A stretch of 58,165 nucleotides of DNA, counting the filler, from Circinaria calcarea (taxonomy: Eukaryota): assembly GCA_051942165.1 (NCBI GenBank). It is 8 parts of 8 records of this genome, joined end to end, with 100 filler letters (N's around TTAATTAATTAA, not from the genome) between each part and the next. Parts side by side here need not be neighbours in the genome. Positions count along the whole stretch, not along the records: positions 1 to 7,197 come from JAVECS010001388.1; positions 7,298 to 14,494 come from JAVECS010001389.1; 6 more parts are not named here. The stretch is one strand, 5' to 3'. Below the pieces are notes generated by a model. That model saw nothing but the letters and a program-made list of their open reading frames with translations, had not been told where the DNA came from and searched no databases. Made by a program: the position numbers and the translations under genes. Positions within the stretch are counted from its first letter, which is position 1; each line of letters starts with the position of its first letter. This document shows, piece by piece, positions 1-12,407 of the stretch.

Positions 1-963
1 ACATCAAACCCACGCCAGATAGCCTCCAGCCCTCGGGCCGTAACAGGTGCGGAGACCCCCCTGGAGCTATCAATGTGGGAACAATGCAGATTCCCGGCAG
101 AGACTCATTGCAAGCACCTCTTCCAAACTGAACAGTAGCGCTTGCAGGCATTTCAAGACAGAGCGATCATCTAGCGGTAGGTAAAGTTTGTTATTAGTGT
201 CAAGGTTGATCTTCATAAATGTTGGGGGAGGATCTGTCAAGGTAACAAGGTAGAAATCGTTTCTTGTGATGATGTCTGTCACCGCGAAGTCTCTTTGACC
301 TGTAATAGTATGGTTGTAATGTTTCGTTGTCATTATGCGGAAAGTGGCTTGCGCCGTTGTGTTGCAATATAGTATCAATTCAACTGTTTTACCAGACGCT
401 CTTCTCACCCTTCAGCCCTTAAAACGTGGTGATACATTACACGACAACAGAGGTGCTTCCCAACCAACTGGTTTGTTGACTTGAGTCCTCATGCCCAAGC
501 CCTATGGTCTGATACTAGTGGAATGGAAAGGGCTGTGGGGAGCTTAAAAGTGCAAGCTGGGAGTGGTGCAGGTTTCAAGCTTGGTAGACGTGGCCGGACA
601 TTAACGTCTTGGATTATATAAGTAGCAGAATTACACCCAGCGGGTCATCCGGCCAGACTCATATTACCAATGTCTGTTGTCGCGCAGTTTCCCGAGAGAG
701 ATTTGCTTGGCCGCCCGCAATCACTTTCTGCTTAAGATCAAGGCGATTGGTCATCTGAAAAGAGGTACAGAGTGATAAATTTAAAGGACATTGTCGCAGG
801 GGATAGACTAGAACGCGTGAGTGTGAGTAGAAGTCGCTGCTTGGAAGGTCACGTGATCCTGAATGAGATCTCTTCTATAAACTTTATAGAGTCCAGCAGT
901 AGGAATGCCAACGTCCATTTACATATTGCGATGAGACGACCATGTGTACAAGTACGTCTATCA

Positions 964-2628
964 CTACTCACTAGTGTTCCCGGATACCGGAAGACCAGCC
1001 TCCGACGACATCTTGTGCAGATTGACACCCTCCCGGAGTTTCTCACACTCCTCGCGATACTCCTCAATCTTTCGAGCACATACCGCCTCCATGTCCAAGC
1101 AGGAGTGGCTCTCCCCAAAGTCGACTGTCTTGACCTTCCACATTGTATCCTCCAGAGAGTACTCGGGTGCTTCCTGCTCCTTGCCACCAGTCACTTCATG
1201 CAGCCATGCTTCGACACTCGAACGCCATATTCCACACCCGAGCAACTGTACCCTTTCGTCGCCCATTTTCATAGCATTGTTCAGCTTAACATCGTTGCTT
1301 GCAATGCTTAGGGCCATCTTTTCCGCCAGGGCTTTGTTATGTTCGTCTTCGACTTCCAAGATCTTTCTCGTCAATTCTCTCTTATACAAGAGGTCCTGCT
1401 TATCAATCTCCGACCTGGAAACTGAGCGAACTCCGCCAGCCACGGTCATTTGGAAATCTATAGCCTTGCGAGAATCCATCAACCACCCGTACTCAAGCTC
1501 CCGCTTCAGTGTGTTTAAGCGCATTTCAGTATCCCTGCATTTACCGGTTATCGCTCTACGGTGACGCACCTCTGGGGTTGAGAAGCTGCCGTCTGACAGC
1601 ACTGGTGGAGAGTCCGCCTTCTGCACTTCGGCCAGGAAATGCTCGTACGTGTATAGGGCCAAGTCCTCGCCTTCAGAGTCATCATCGCCTCTGAGTGACC
1701 TTGTCGAAGATGTTCGCGAGGAGTCCGTGTGATTGTATCGATGAGGTTCCACTCCATCCTTCTCAGAGTCATGATCGTTCCTCTCCCTCTCAGAGTCATG
1801 ATTGTTCCTCTCCTTCTCAGAGTCATCATCTTTGCTCTTCTTCTCAGAGTCATCATCGTTCCTCTCCTTCCCAGAGTCTTTATCGTGGTTAAGTAGCCCA
1901 CCTTCGGTAAGTGTAGTTCTCATAGAGCTCAGGATTGTTTCTTGGCATGCAAAGAGTCTTTGCTTTTCATCATTCAGGTATTTTCCGAAGAGATCCCGCT
2001 CATTTGTTACTCTTTCGAATTCCATTTGGGCTCTCTCTATCTCTTTCTCGTTTTCTAGTTGCACAGTGGCCCCTTCTGTGGCGTCATCTAACTCAATAAG
2101 TCTTTGAACGTGGACCCTCTCCTTGTGAGCTCGTGAAGTCGAGATTACATGTTGCTCGTTCAGACTCTCCACCTCTGCAATTATAGAACACATGTTTTTG
2201 AACTGCGCAAGCATATCTCTTGTCAAGATGACCGCAAAACAATTTTTTTCACCGTCGTTGACTACTGCCAGCTTGTATCGACGCTCTGCAAACTCTGGCT
2301 TCTCGATATTCTCTGAAGCAAATGTACCGGTGTGTGTACTTGTTGCCAATGCAGATGGAGATCCTTCAACGCGCTGTAGTGTGTCACGCGGTGCATATAG
2401 GTCAGAGACAGGAGATAGTACAGCAGATGGTTGAACATCGTAAAGTGCAGACGGGTGGTGTACCTCGTGGAATCCATCGGGGACTTCATTCAAAGACAGT
2501 ACCGAGCCGACATCCTCAGACGTCTGTACGGCTACCTCAAATTGGCAAACACCTTTCGAAGATGACTCTTCGGGCGAGGAAGGCATCGAAGTAGGTAAAG
2601 GAAGGCTGGCTGCTACACCGAGATCCAT
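964..2628 (-). CDS. Hypothetical protein (554 aa) with predicted coiled-coil segments and an acidic 9-aa tandem repeat
   Basis: Long ATG-initiated ORF; charged helical-looking stretches (ERAQMEFERVTNERDLFGKYLNDEKQRL); no family recognised; 5' exons upstream of 2628 cannot be excluded. Confidence 0.65.
   Translation of the reverse strand: MDLGVAASLPLPTSMPSSPEESSSKGVCQFEVAVQTSEDVGSVLSLNEVPDGFHEVHHPSALYDVQPSAVLSPVSDLYAPRDTLQRVEGSPSALATSTHTGTFASENIEKPEFAERRYKLAVVNDGEKNCFAVILTRDMLAQFKNMCSIIAEVESLNEQHVISTSRAHKERVHVQRLIELDDATEGATVQLENEKEIERAQMEFERVTNERDLFGKYLNDEKQRLFACQETILSSMRTTLTEGGLLNHDKDSGKERNDDDSEKKSKDDDSEKERNNHDSERERNDHDSEKDGVEPHRYNHTDSSRTSSTRSLRGDDDSEGEDLALYTYEHFLAEVQKADSPPVLSDGSFSTPEVRHRRAITGKCRDTEMRLNTLKRELEYGWLMDSRKAIDFQMTVAGGVRSVSRSEIDKQDLLYKRELTRKILEVEDEHNKALAEKMALSIASNDVKLNNAMKMGDERVQLLGCGIWRSSVEAWLHEVTGGKEQEAPEYSLEDTMWKVKTVDFGESHSCLDMEAVCARKIEEYREECEKLREGVNLHKMSSEAGLPVSGNTSE
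1763..1878. repeat. Coding tandem repeat, 27-bp unit x ~4.3
   Basis: Unit TCAGAGTCATGATCGTTCCTCTCCCTC and variants; on the minus strand it encodes DSGKERNDD/DSEKKSKDD/DSEKERNNH/DSERERNDH. Confidence 0.9.
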
Positions 2629-5563
2629 ACTGAGAGAACGTGCCTCAATTTGGGAATCTATCCTGTATTTCGTAAAAGTCCTAGGTGGGGCTTATTTTAG
2701 TGATCGTCTTCTTGGGCGGAGGCCGAACGCGTACTTTGTTGGCGTGTTTACGAGGACGTTTGGACGTGATTACTAACTTCAAGTCAGCAGGAGATGCAAC
2801 GATTGAGTTTGGTTGAATGTACTCTGCTTTGGCCTATGGTTGGCATGGATACTCGACAAAGCTGCGTTAATGACTCTGTGGCACAGATGTTAGCTCTTCA
2901 GCGAAGCTCCTTGCAAAAGGCGTTAAGTACAGACCAGGTCGAAGAGTCGAAAGAAGATTTGACGGAGGTGGTCTGCAGTGTAGACTGAGCCTTGCAGCGA
3001 AGAGAAGAGTCCACGCCAAAGGTGCTGTGTATAGACTGGGTCTAACAGAGAGTCTGGCAGAGAATCTATGAGATACAGACTAGCTCCAAAAGTCGAACAG
3101 CGAAGTGTGGGGCATGTTCCGGACCGATGACTGGACGAAAGAACAGACCGAAAATCACCAACGGTGACTGTTGCTCTGCCTGAACTTTTTGCTGGGTGTC
3201 TGTGTTTGTATGCCAAGAAAGGTGCTCCAAAGCGATGCCCACACTTTCTTTGACCTGCACTGTTGTGACTTCCACAATTAACACAAAGGAAGCTGTGTGT
3301 AATGCGGATGTTACTCCAACTAAGCTATCGAAATAAGCTCACCAATGCAGTGGTTGATGTTGTTGCCGTGGCGCTACATGGCCGTGGAATATGTATGCTC
3401 TTGCGTTACTGGTGAGTGGCACCCCAAATCTTAGAGAACCGATATCGATTTTCTCAAACATAATCATATCCAATTTTTACACGAACAACCCGGCCAAGGT
3501 ATCGAGTACTTTAATCGGTGAAAGGCACCGGGAGTGTCGTTTTTAAAGACGCACGATCTCCCACTCCTAACATTCACGTCCAGTACGCCCTTCTGTTAGA
3601 TAGCTTAATACTTAGCTTTGGCATCCAACAGTTAAGGATGTGGTCTTCGGCATCAATAGGCTGCTGCGTTCTCTACTCCCGAGGAAAATTTCCCCCAGGT
3701 GCCAAGATCAAAGTCCACTACTACAATATCATATATAGAATACTTCCGAAGCCCCTTTCCTCGAAAGACCTCTCCTTTTCGACATGTACCCGTATCAATT
3801 CCTCTGGCACCACCTAATCCCATTCCGAAACAGGAGTACCTTTTACCCATCCAAAATTAGGACTCTCTTACTAAAACTCGAAAAGCTAGAAGCGCTTTAT
3901 TCTTTCTCAGATACCCTTCAGCACGAACGCATTACGTTGTTGTTATGCGCCGCGAAGAAGGCTGCCAAGGGACTAAAGGGAATCTCAAACCCGTAATCGT
4001 CGGAGGTCATCAAGACTGAAAGGAGGTATTCAGTCGCGTTTTCGGCAAGCTGCCGTACAATAACTATCTCTTGAGAATATATAAGGAGCACTAACGTTGC
4101 CATGTATGTACTTCCTCCCATTCTTCCTATCCTTCTAGTTTCTCTCATCAACTTTACCAACACTCCATACAACCTCACCAAGTAGTTAGCCTGCAATAGA
4201 GAACCCTTGTCATCAAAAGATTATACGAGAATGTATGACATAATAAAGTGGTTTAGTGGCAGGCCTATGGTGTTATCCACTGTTCCTAATACCTGCCATG
4301 CAGCACGACTTTGAGTTGAAGATCAGGGATTGGCTATAGGCATATATTTGATTGCCATTGACGAGACTGACAGCGCCAGTTCCACCTACCACCATAGTAC
4401 GCGTCCGTACCAGTCCACACGATCCCGAATAGACTCCCGTCCACAGTACTCAATTTCCTCGAATCCACCTCCCTCTCCTTTAAAACTTTGAGACTGGGGT
4501 GATCAAGGACACGAACTCTAAGCAATCTTCGCACCCGATCTTCCGCTCATAATGGTCCTAGGGTAGCCTTGGGAATGTATGTATACCGTCCGGTTCATAT
4601 ATATTTTATTACAAGAAACGAAGGAGCCATGGTCAGCTGCCCAATAGAAGTTATTACGACAAAAGCCTGCCTTTAAAGCGGTGGATCGAAGATCAAATTC
4701 TTTCGTATATGTATGACGCCGTTCTGCACAGGTGCCAAATCACCCTGACCTTTGCTCCCAATTTTTTCGAAGCACGTTTTTTATTTCCCCAACGCCGTTA
4801 TTGGGTGGACTTCTTTCGCAATCAGCTTTCGGGTATTTTGCTGGCATGACTTGCGTCCCGGTTTCCGCTAGAAAGATGCGCAAGGAGATTGGGTGAACGA
4901 GTTGGCTGGCCGTCAGAAGCTTAGGAGTAGGAGGAGAAGATGAAGGAGAAAGGGGGCAGCTGACTAGATTACCGAAGAGACAGAATATAGGAAAAGATAA
5001 ATCAAAAGGCGTGAAACATCCCCCTCCAAGAATCAAGAGCCTCGGCAAAAAGAGGAATATGCAAGGGGAGAAAAGGGAACGCTATAATTCCTTTCTTTCC
5101 CAATTCCTTTCCTAACCAGTTACGTGTTTTCCCCAACCTGCAAAACCGATTGGGGGAAGAAGAAAAAGAAAGCCTTTGCTACAACTGCCGTGTGGGGAGT
5201 TCTTTTTGGAAGGCGGAAGACATTGGGTTATCAGTACGTATCTCTAGCGAAGTCGGCTGCAAAAGTTTGCGATGCCAAATTAATAAACCTAGTTTTCCAT
5301 GGGGTATCAAAATGATCTAGCTATTATAGAATTATGTAGCCGCTCGACTTTAAATATGACAGATTCGTGATCTGTTGTTGCAACTGAGCCACCTATGCTG
5401 TTTCTATCGTCTATCATTTATAGTCTATCGGTTGAAACCGGCCGTGATATCATTTTCGATCATCCTCGATGCTTTGCTCAGTAATCACCGAACCAATCCC
5501 TGTTGTCCTCTACCTAGGTCATAGTGAGGAGAGTCCGGTCTCCATGCTAACACTTGCGTCTCA

Positions 5564-6558
5564 TCAAACCTTGCTCTGGACATAACCATTGTTTTCCCAA
5601 CTCTTATTCGTTGTTTCCCTCAGCTCCATCTGCTCTGTTTTCGAAAGTGGTTTCTCGGTTCCACGGCGGCCATCTCTGGACGCTTTGGTTTCGACCAAGG
5701 AGGTGTCGTCGCCTGCTTCGTCGGAAAACTGATAAGACCGGAACTCCGTATTCGACCAACCAGTGCCTATCCTCAAACATCAGTCAAAGGTCCACATGCC
5801 AACGAAAACACCTAATGAAACACACGGAGCTGACCCTCAAAGCGTGCACTATCCGACCAGTCCCCGGTAAAATAGTGGAGGAAGCCCCCATGCGTAACGA
5901 TCACAATCTCCGTTTCCGGCCTAACTTTCAACCACAGTCGGACCTCTTCTGCTCTCTTCTCGACGGCAGCGGCATGCGGTAAGAACTTTCCTTGATTGCT
6001 GTTCCAGCCGTCGTGTACCAAGCTGAAGTCTACGGGCTTGTCTTCAAATTCTCTTTCCAGTACTTCGCGGTTGCTGCCAGTATCACAAGGTAGGTTAGAT
6101 GTTTCCTGAAGCTCTGGCATGGCGAGAATCTTCAGTCCCCGCTTGATTACCGGCTCAAAGCCAAGGAGCGCGGTGTAAATGGTTCGGCGGAGGGGGGATG
6201 CTACAAGGAGTTCGATGGATTTATGATACGGGAAATTCTGTGCAAGACGATGGCATTGCTCTTCACCCAGTGGGGTGAGGCTCGGATCTGGGTAAGCAGT
6301 CAGAATATTCGAACGAATTGAGGTACATGTAGAATTTCGGAAGGACGCATACCAGGCATGACATGGTTGGATAGGGCTAGGTTATGATATCCCTGCTTCG
6401 GATCAGCAGGTGATCGACATTCAAGGGTATTGAAGGATTCTTCGGTACCTGAGCATGACGGACGCAATGGATGATTGGTGCCACTACAAAATCGTCATCC
6501 ACGAGCCTCTTTCCGTCCCCGATTTCCAGAGTCATTCTTGGGGGCATATGGACTTACT
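5564..6558 (-). CDS. Phosphoglycerate mutase family (histidine phosphatase) protein, 5 coding exons
   Basis: Spliced translation MAPIIHCVRHAQ|GYHNLALSNHVMP|DPSLTPLGEEQC...LVASPLRRTIYT...LQETSNLPCDTG...VIVTHGGFLH...|GTGWSNTEFRSY; contains the RHA, SPLxR and THG motifs; GT-AG introns at 6484-6557, 6393-6448, 6288-6352 and ~5768-5834. Confidence 0.9.
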
Positions 6559-7197
6559 GTTTCTTATCTCCGAGCTGTAGCAGATAGACCTTGTAGACTT
6601 AAGCCGAGGGTGATAAATTCCAGGGACAGCAACACGGTGGGAGGAGATGTTATTCAGCTTCGGTCATAGATTTTGTGTCAACTTGTCATCATTCACATCA
6701 GTAGAGTATCCGCAAGCAAACACGAGCTTCACCGCCAACGTCATTGGCTTGAATTCTTCAACAAAACCAAAAATTCGCTCAATACGCTTTGGGTAGGGCA
6801 TCACGGGAGATACCGATAAGGCTGGCCCGGCAGATATTTCACAGGGCCGTCTTCACATTTTCCTGAATTCACCATCACTCACAAATACCCACATACACGA
6901 TGAGGCAATGCGCAAGCACGCGCAGAGCTTCTCCCTCTATCTTCGTCGACACAGGCTGAAAGATTATTCTCAGAAGACAGCATACGTCACTGCTCGTCAA
7001 CGGCAGCCTTACTCAATCGTGGTCTCGCCAAAGACCTACACCGTCAACATCAACGTCGGCTCAAATGGCACCATTGCACTCAGGCAAGCTCTCGTTGACA
7101 TATCACAACACACATCAAATCAAACTCATCATCTAACATCTCCCGTAGTATCCACCATCCTCTCCACCCCTCCACCTCCAATCCCACAATCCTCCAC

Positions 7198-7297
7198 NNN
7201 NNNNNNNNNNNNNNNNNNNNNNNNNNNNNNNNNNNNNNNNNTTAATTAATTAANNNNNNNNNNNNNNNNNNNNNNNNNNNNNNNNNNNNNNNNNNNN
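7198..7297. other. Artificial contig linker (N44-TTAATTAATTAA-N44)
   Basis: Identical 100-bp spacer; the core gives stop codons in all six frames. Confidence 0.98.
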
Positions 7298-7797
7298 CGA
7301 TGATGCGCGTAGCATATCTCACTTCAGATGTCTCATTCAGCTTTCAGTGCAGAAACTGGAGATTCACATCCTGTTCTTCAGCTACAATACCCAATAACAG
7401 CTTGTAAGCTTCGATGAATTGCCGCTTTAGGTCTCCACGCCTTTGTTGGTGCTCCAAGCTCTTAGCTTTCCGATAGGGCTGCGGGGGGTCTAGTCTCGGT
7501 TGTTTCCGATTCCGTGGGCCGGGAGTACCGTGGTAAGGCCAGATGATTTTCCTCGTCATCACTTGTGGTAGGTAAACAATGCGTGACAAAGGTAAGCTGA
7601 TAAGGTAACCACCACCGTCCTCTCACGCCACCGTCACCGTTTTCATCTGTACAAACCTTGGAGTCCAGTATTGGCCGTTGCTACGCATTGGGAACCCTTC
7701 CTACAACATCCCCTTGCCGTGACACCTTTGCTCGGGCGTCCGCTGTGCTGCTGTACCTCATTTCACCTTCCCTTGGTGTGGACCTGACATTGTAAGC

Positions 7798-9240
7798 ATG
7801 GAAGAAACGGAAAGGATAGGCCTCAGCGAAGCTTCTAAAGCAGATCATCTATGTGTCCTAGTACATGGGTGAGACCTCCTCGCTCACAAAGATACTTGCA
7901 TCCTGGGCTCATTAAGCTGGTATAGCCTGTGGGGTAATCCGAAGCATCTATCATATCTAAAAACCGCTCTCCAACAAGAACATACTGAGGATAGACTACA
8001 TATCCTTGTAGCCACTCGTAACTCGGATAGCTTCACTTATGATGGTGTTGACGTCGGCGGAGAAAGAGTCACTGCAGAGATTGAGGCCGCCATTGAAGAG
8101 CTACAAAGGAGGGGACAGGAGATCAAGAAATTGAGTATGGTCGGTTACTCGTTAGGGGGCTTGGTCGCGAGGATGTGTATAGGCCTGCTTTACTCAAGGG
8201 GATGGTTTGACAAAATCGAGCCGGTCAACTTCACAACCTTTGCGACGCCTCATTTGGGAGTACGGACGCCGTTGCGCGGATACCACAGTTACGTGTGGAA
8301 TGCATTGGGTGGAAGGGCTCTTTCAACCTCAGGTCGGCAGCTGTTCCTTATCGACTCGTTTCGGGATACTGGGAGACCTATACTCAGTGTTCTAGCGGAC
8401 CCAAAGAGCATATTCATCAAAGCGTTATCGCGTTTTCGCAATCGAGTGCTCTACGCGAACGTGGTCAATGACAGATCTGCGCCGTTCTATACTTGTGCCA
8501 TTTCAAAGGTCGATCCCTTTGCAAATCCCGAAGCAATCAGGATCGAATACGTTAAGGGGTATGAACCAGTTGTTATTGTTCCAAACCTTCCCGCAAGGCC
8601 TGCAAGACAAGATGAACCATCGACTACATACTCACGTGTGGTCAGCGGTGGCTACACCTTTCTGACTCGAGTACCCTTGTATGCCATGCTTACCGTGTTC
8701 GTTCCTATTGGCACCGTGGTATTCCTATTGAACTCGGGCATTCAATCCTTTCGCAGTCGTCAGAGGATCCGACTACACGAATCTGGCAAAGCAGGTATAG
8801 GACTGGGGGTTTATCGAATTCCGGTCATGATTGAGAATGCCCGTGGTGCGGTTGAAGGCACGGTTAAAAGTATCAATGCTGGCCAACAGCAAGAATACCT
8901 CCCTGACAATGCAGGGATTTCGTCCGGACGAGAGCCCCAAACTAAGAAGCTCTCGACTAATGACGATGACCAGGCTTCCGAGAAATCGGGCGAATCCGAG
9001 GAATCAACTGCTGAACTGACACGCACCAGATCAATTATCGAGCTTCCCACATTGGCACTTGCCCCCGAGCAATTCGAAATGATTCAGGCCTTGGATGATG
9101 TAGGGTTTAGGAAATATCCTGTCTACATTCACAAGGTGAATCATTCGCATGCTGCTATCATCTTTCGGAGGCAGCGGCAGGATTACGATGAAGGCAAGCT
9201 TGTTATCAAACATTGGCTCAAAGAAGAGTTTGAACTCTAG
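7798..9240 (+). CDS. DUF676 alpha/beta-hydrolase lipase/serine esterase (Rog1/Lpl1-like)
   Basis: ATG 7798, intron 7869-7925; HLCVLVHG|LWGNP, TYDGVDVGGER, nucleophile motif GYSLG, FATPHLG, YANVVNDRSAPFYT, C-terminal HSHAAII. Confidence 0.92.
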
Positions 9241-9687
9241 CCCCTCTATATGGCTTGGGTTTTCTAGCAGGCATGGTTGAACTTAGCGAGGAGTACTTCT
9301 AGAAGTTGATTTGGCGGTTCTTGAATGCGCGAGTAGCTGTTCGGTTTGGCTGACCAAAGTCACGGTTGGGGCGAATAGGTTTACATAGACGAACATATAT
9401 AGTCGGGTGAGGCCGCCTGTAACATGTTATCTACCTAGACACTTGTATATTTCTCAGTTTAGGGAACAGGCTGAGAAGGTTCCAACGAGTTCATTTCCTC
9501 CACAGTAAGCTTTGGTGTGGTTGAGATCTTTCCTACATGCCAGACGACCAAGAGATTTCGGATTGACTTTATCAATGTCGGAAGGAATTTTTGGTGAGAT
9601 ACCACATAAATACCAACATCGTAGTCTTCCAGGTAAATGATATATCGACCCTAACAGAACGTTCGCAAATCACAGTAGATTTGAGGA

Positions 9688-11614
9688 ATGGGTATTCCAC
9701 GGTTGACCAGCCACCTTTCACCTTTTGCCGTACAAACAGTGCTAGGATGCAGCACGGCTGACTGCCTTACCCATCCTAACGGTCTCTCTTCCAAGAGCTA
9801 CAGACTCATTATCGATGGACCTGGCCTGGCATATCACATATTCCATAGAGTTTTAGCGTATCAGTCATCTGCGCTTAATGCTCTAGACGCTCAGCCTTCA
9901 TATGAACAGCTGGGAAAAGCAACCCTACTCTACTTGACCGAGTTACAGAGACATCATATTGCAATGTAAGAGGCCTTGCATATCAAAGGTCTGGATGATT
10001 TGCTTACCAAGAAAAAGTGAGAAGGTCTACTTTGATGGCTTCTTGCCACCTTGGAAACGGGCAATCAGGATCTCGCGACTTGAGTCGTACCTTAGACAGC
10101 TAACCACCTTCCGTTCGCTGCATCCAAGCGGTATTGGGTGCCGAGAGACTGCTTCAGAACCAGGCTTTCCTAATGCAGAGGAACTATTTGCCAGCTGCAA
10201 GCCATTACCAAACAATTGGCAAGGTCTCCCAGCAAGCCCCTTTCTGGTGCCAGCAATTCTCGATGCATTATGTACCTCACAGTTTGCCGATGTTGTCGAA
10301 GTTGTACCGGCGGAGGCTGACTCATTCTGTGCGGATGCTGTCTGTAAGCTTGGTGGGATAGTACTGACGGGAGATTCGGACCTGTTGGCTCATGACCTCG
10401 GCAAAGATGGAGGTGTGGTCTTTTTCAATCAGTTCGGGTTGCGAACACTCGTCGACAGTGGATGCCATGTCGTTGCGGCACCCATATCAAGACCATTTGC
10501 TATTGCCAAGCAGCTGAATGTCAGCAGTATCTCGCGGTTGGCCTTCGAGCTCAAAATAGATTCCACAATCACTTTACCAGAGGCAACCAGACGAGCGAGG
10601 CAGTCGCCAGAGGATACTGTCTTATACGAAAATTTCCTGGCCGAATATACCAAATACGGTTCGTCGGCGAAAGTACCTGCTTCACTCCTTGATACTTTGA
10701 TCCTAGGACTTGAGTTTATGGACCCTCGTATATCAGAAATGGTTTTGCAATTTCATGAGCCTGGTGAAGAAGTGTTACGCGTATATCTTCCTTTCCTCAT
10801 CGATGATCCATCGCGGATATCAGCATGGGATGCTTCATCCGACCTTCGCTGCTTCGCATACTCTCTACTCTCCTTGGGCAGTACTATCGGCCACAAGTCA
10901 GTATTCATTCATGAGTACGGCAGGAGAGGTAATAGAATAGTATATCATGAGGTGAAGATGATTTCTCCCGAAATGTGCACACAGTATGCGAAGACGATGC
11001 TAGATCGCTTGATGGCTATCCGGGCCATCCTTTATGATATGCCTGAATTTGTTCAATGGAGAGTTTTCAGTATTTCGATGGTTATGTGTTGGTATGCCGA
11101 TAACGGACGAACTCCGCCGTTGGATGAGTGTCTTTTGATGGTACTCGGAGGGGCCTATGTCAATACCATAAAATGGGAAATAATACAGCTTTCCGCACAG
11201 TCACAGGCGGTCATGTATTCGTTGAGGCTCATCCAGAAAATTATGAGATATTTGGTTCACCACACGTCAACCACTCTCGACATACAGTTGATGGAAGTTT
11301 GGAAAGTATTGCAGAAACTGCCATCACTAGACAGGGCCATTCCATCCCGGCTAGAATTGCTAAAGGAACATGGGTATGGACTGGAGCTTGATAAGATGCT
11401 TGATCTAGTGAAGGAGGCAGTCGGATTGGTAATTTCCCCACCATATGATCAGATCAGGGATGGGGAGCTTGTACACGGGGTTGACCCGGAATGGCAATTG
11501 CCAAAACGGCGACGAACAAGTAAGCGGAAACTGAATTCCCCTGCGAGCAAGAAACCCTCGGTAAATCCAACCAACCAGATCGACAACATATATAGCGTGC
11601 TTGCAAACACATAG
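9688..11614 (+). CDS. Asteroid-like XPG/FEN1-superfamily PIN-domain protein
   Basis: MGIPRL start typical of FEN1/XPG folds; IIDGPGLAY, intron 9966-10017, VYFDG, PAEADSFCA and LTGDSDL acidic motifs. Confidence 0.85.
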
Positions 11615-11681
11615 TACTGTACAGCCAGCGCCACGAATCCTTGGGCTGCTTTCATCAATCTGACGCCGAGGCCTGCAGCCC

Positions 11682-12407
11682 TTACACGTTTTCATGGAAC
11701 ATGCTTTTCCTTTCCGTAGGACTATCGTCAAGGCCGCTACCTCCGCTAGCCTTTTGAGCATGACCCCTTGCACCTCCATCGATTTCCACAGGCCTGGGAC
11801 TGATACCTCTCAACTGGCTCCTTTCTGCCGCCTCGCCAAACGGATTTCCCCTTCCCATTTCCTCGTCATACCTTTCGTCAAGGCCTCTGGCTGAACCTCC
11901 TATGTAAGTCTCCGGGTCGCGACTTTGGCTCCTGCCCCTTCCCATATCTTCTGCTCCATACCCCGGCAACGCAGGTGAAGGTGCGCCATACCCGCTTCCG
12001 CCATAGGCTCCTGGTGCGGGTGGATGTAATCCGAGCTCTTGCTCTTCATAATCCCCGACAGGTCCGTATGCGTCCGCTTCATTCCCTACCCTGGTATCCC
12101 ATGCTCCGTCGGGATCCAATGGTCCGAAGCCTGTTCTCGCGCCTCGTCCACCTTCGTAGGCACCCCCAGCCGTACGGGAGTTCTTTATGTTGTGGAACTT
12201 GTCTTGTACCCAACCCACCACTCTCGACGGTCGTGATGTTCCCGAGTAGTTGGAAGATGAGAAGCGATTAAAGGGATTGTAGGCTGACAATGGCGGCGGG
12301 GGGAGCCCATTCTTGTGGGCGGTCCATCTTGTGTAGGCAACCCATACAGCGGCGGGGAAGATGACCAGGAGAAAGAGGAGGAGGAAGAAAAGTCCTGCGC
12401 CGTTCAT
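11682..12407 (-). CDS. Conserved-type fungal protein with an N-terminal transmembrane helix and a Gly/Tyr-rich low-complexity tail (241 aa)
   Basis: Intronless ORF; hydrophobic N-terminus LFFLLLFLLVIFPAAVWVAY followed by GLPPPPLSAYNPF and GFGPLDPDGAWDTRV. Confidence 0.8.
   Translation of the reverse strand: MNGAGLFFLLLFLLVIFPAAVWVAYTRWTAHKNGLPPPPLSAYNPFNRFSSSNYSGTSRPSRVVGWVQDKFHNIKNSRTAGGAYEGGRGARTGFGPLDPDGAWDTRVGNEADAYGPVGDYEEQELGLHPPAPGAYGGSGYGAPSPALPGYGAEDMGRGRSQSRDPETYIGGSARGLDERYDEEMGRGNPFGEAAERSQLRGISPRPVEIDGGARGHAQKASGGSGLDDSPTERKSMFHENV

Noticed and set aside
772..2594. Plus-strand ORFs 772-1311, 944-1564, 1802-2107 and others
   Set aside because: Antisense shadows of the 554-aa minus-strand CDS with no independent motifs; the same applies to shadows over the other long genes
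6908..7249. ORF running into the N-linker (and other X-containing ORFs such as 14539-14823, 43444-43687, 50953-51393)
   Set aside because: Artefacts of translating through Ns, or wrong-frame/antisense readings of real genes (denA, RPL11, NNF1)
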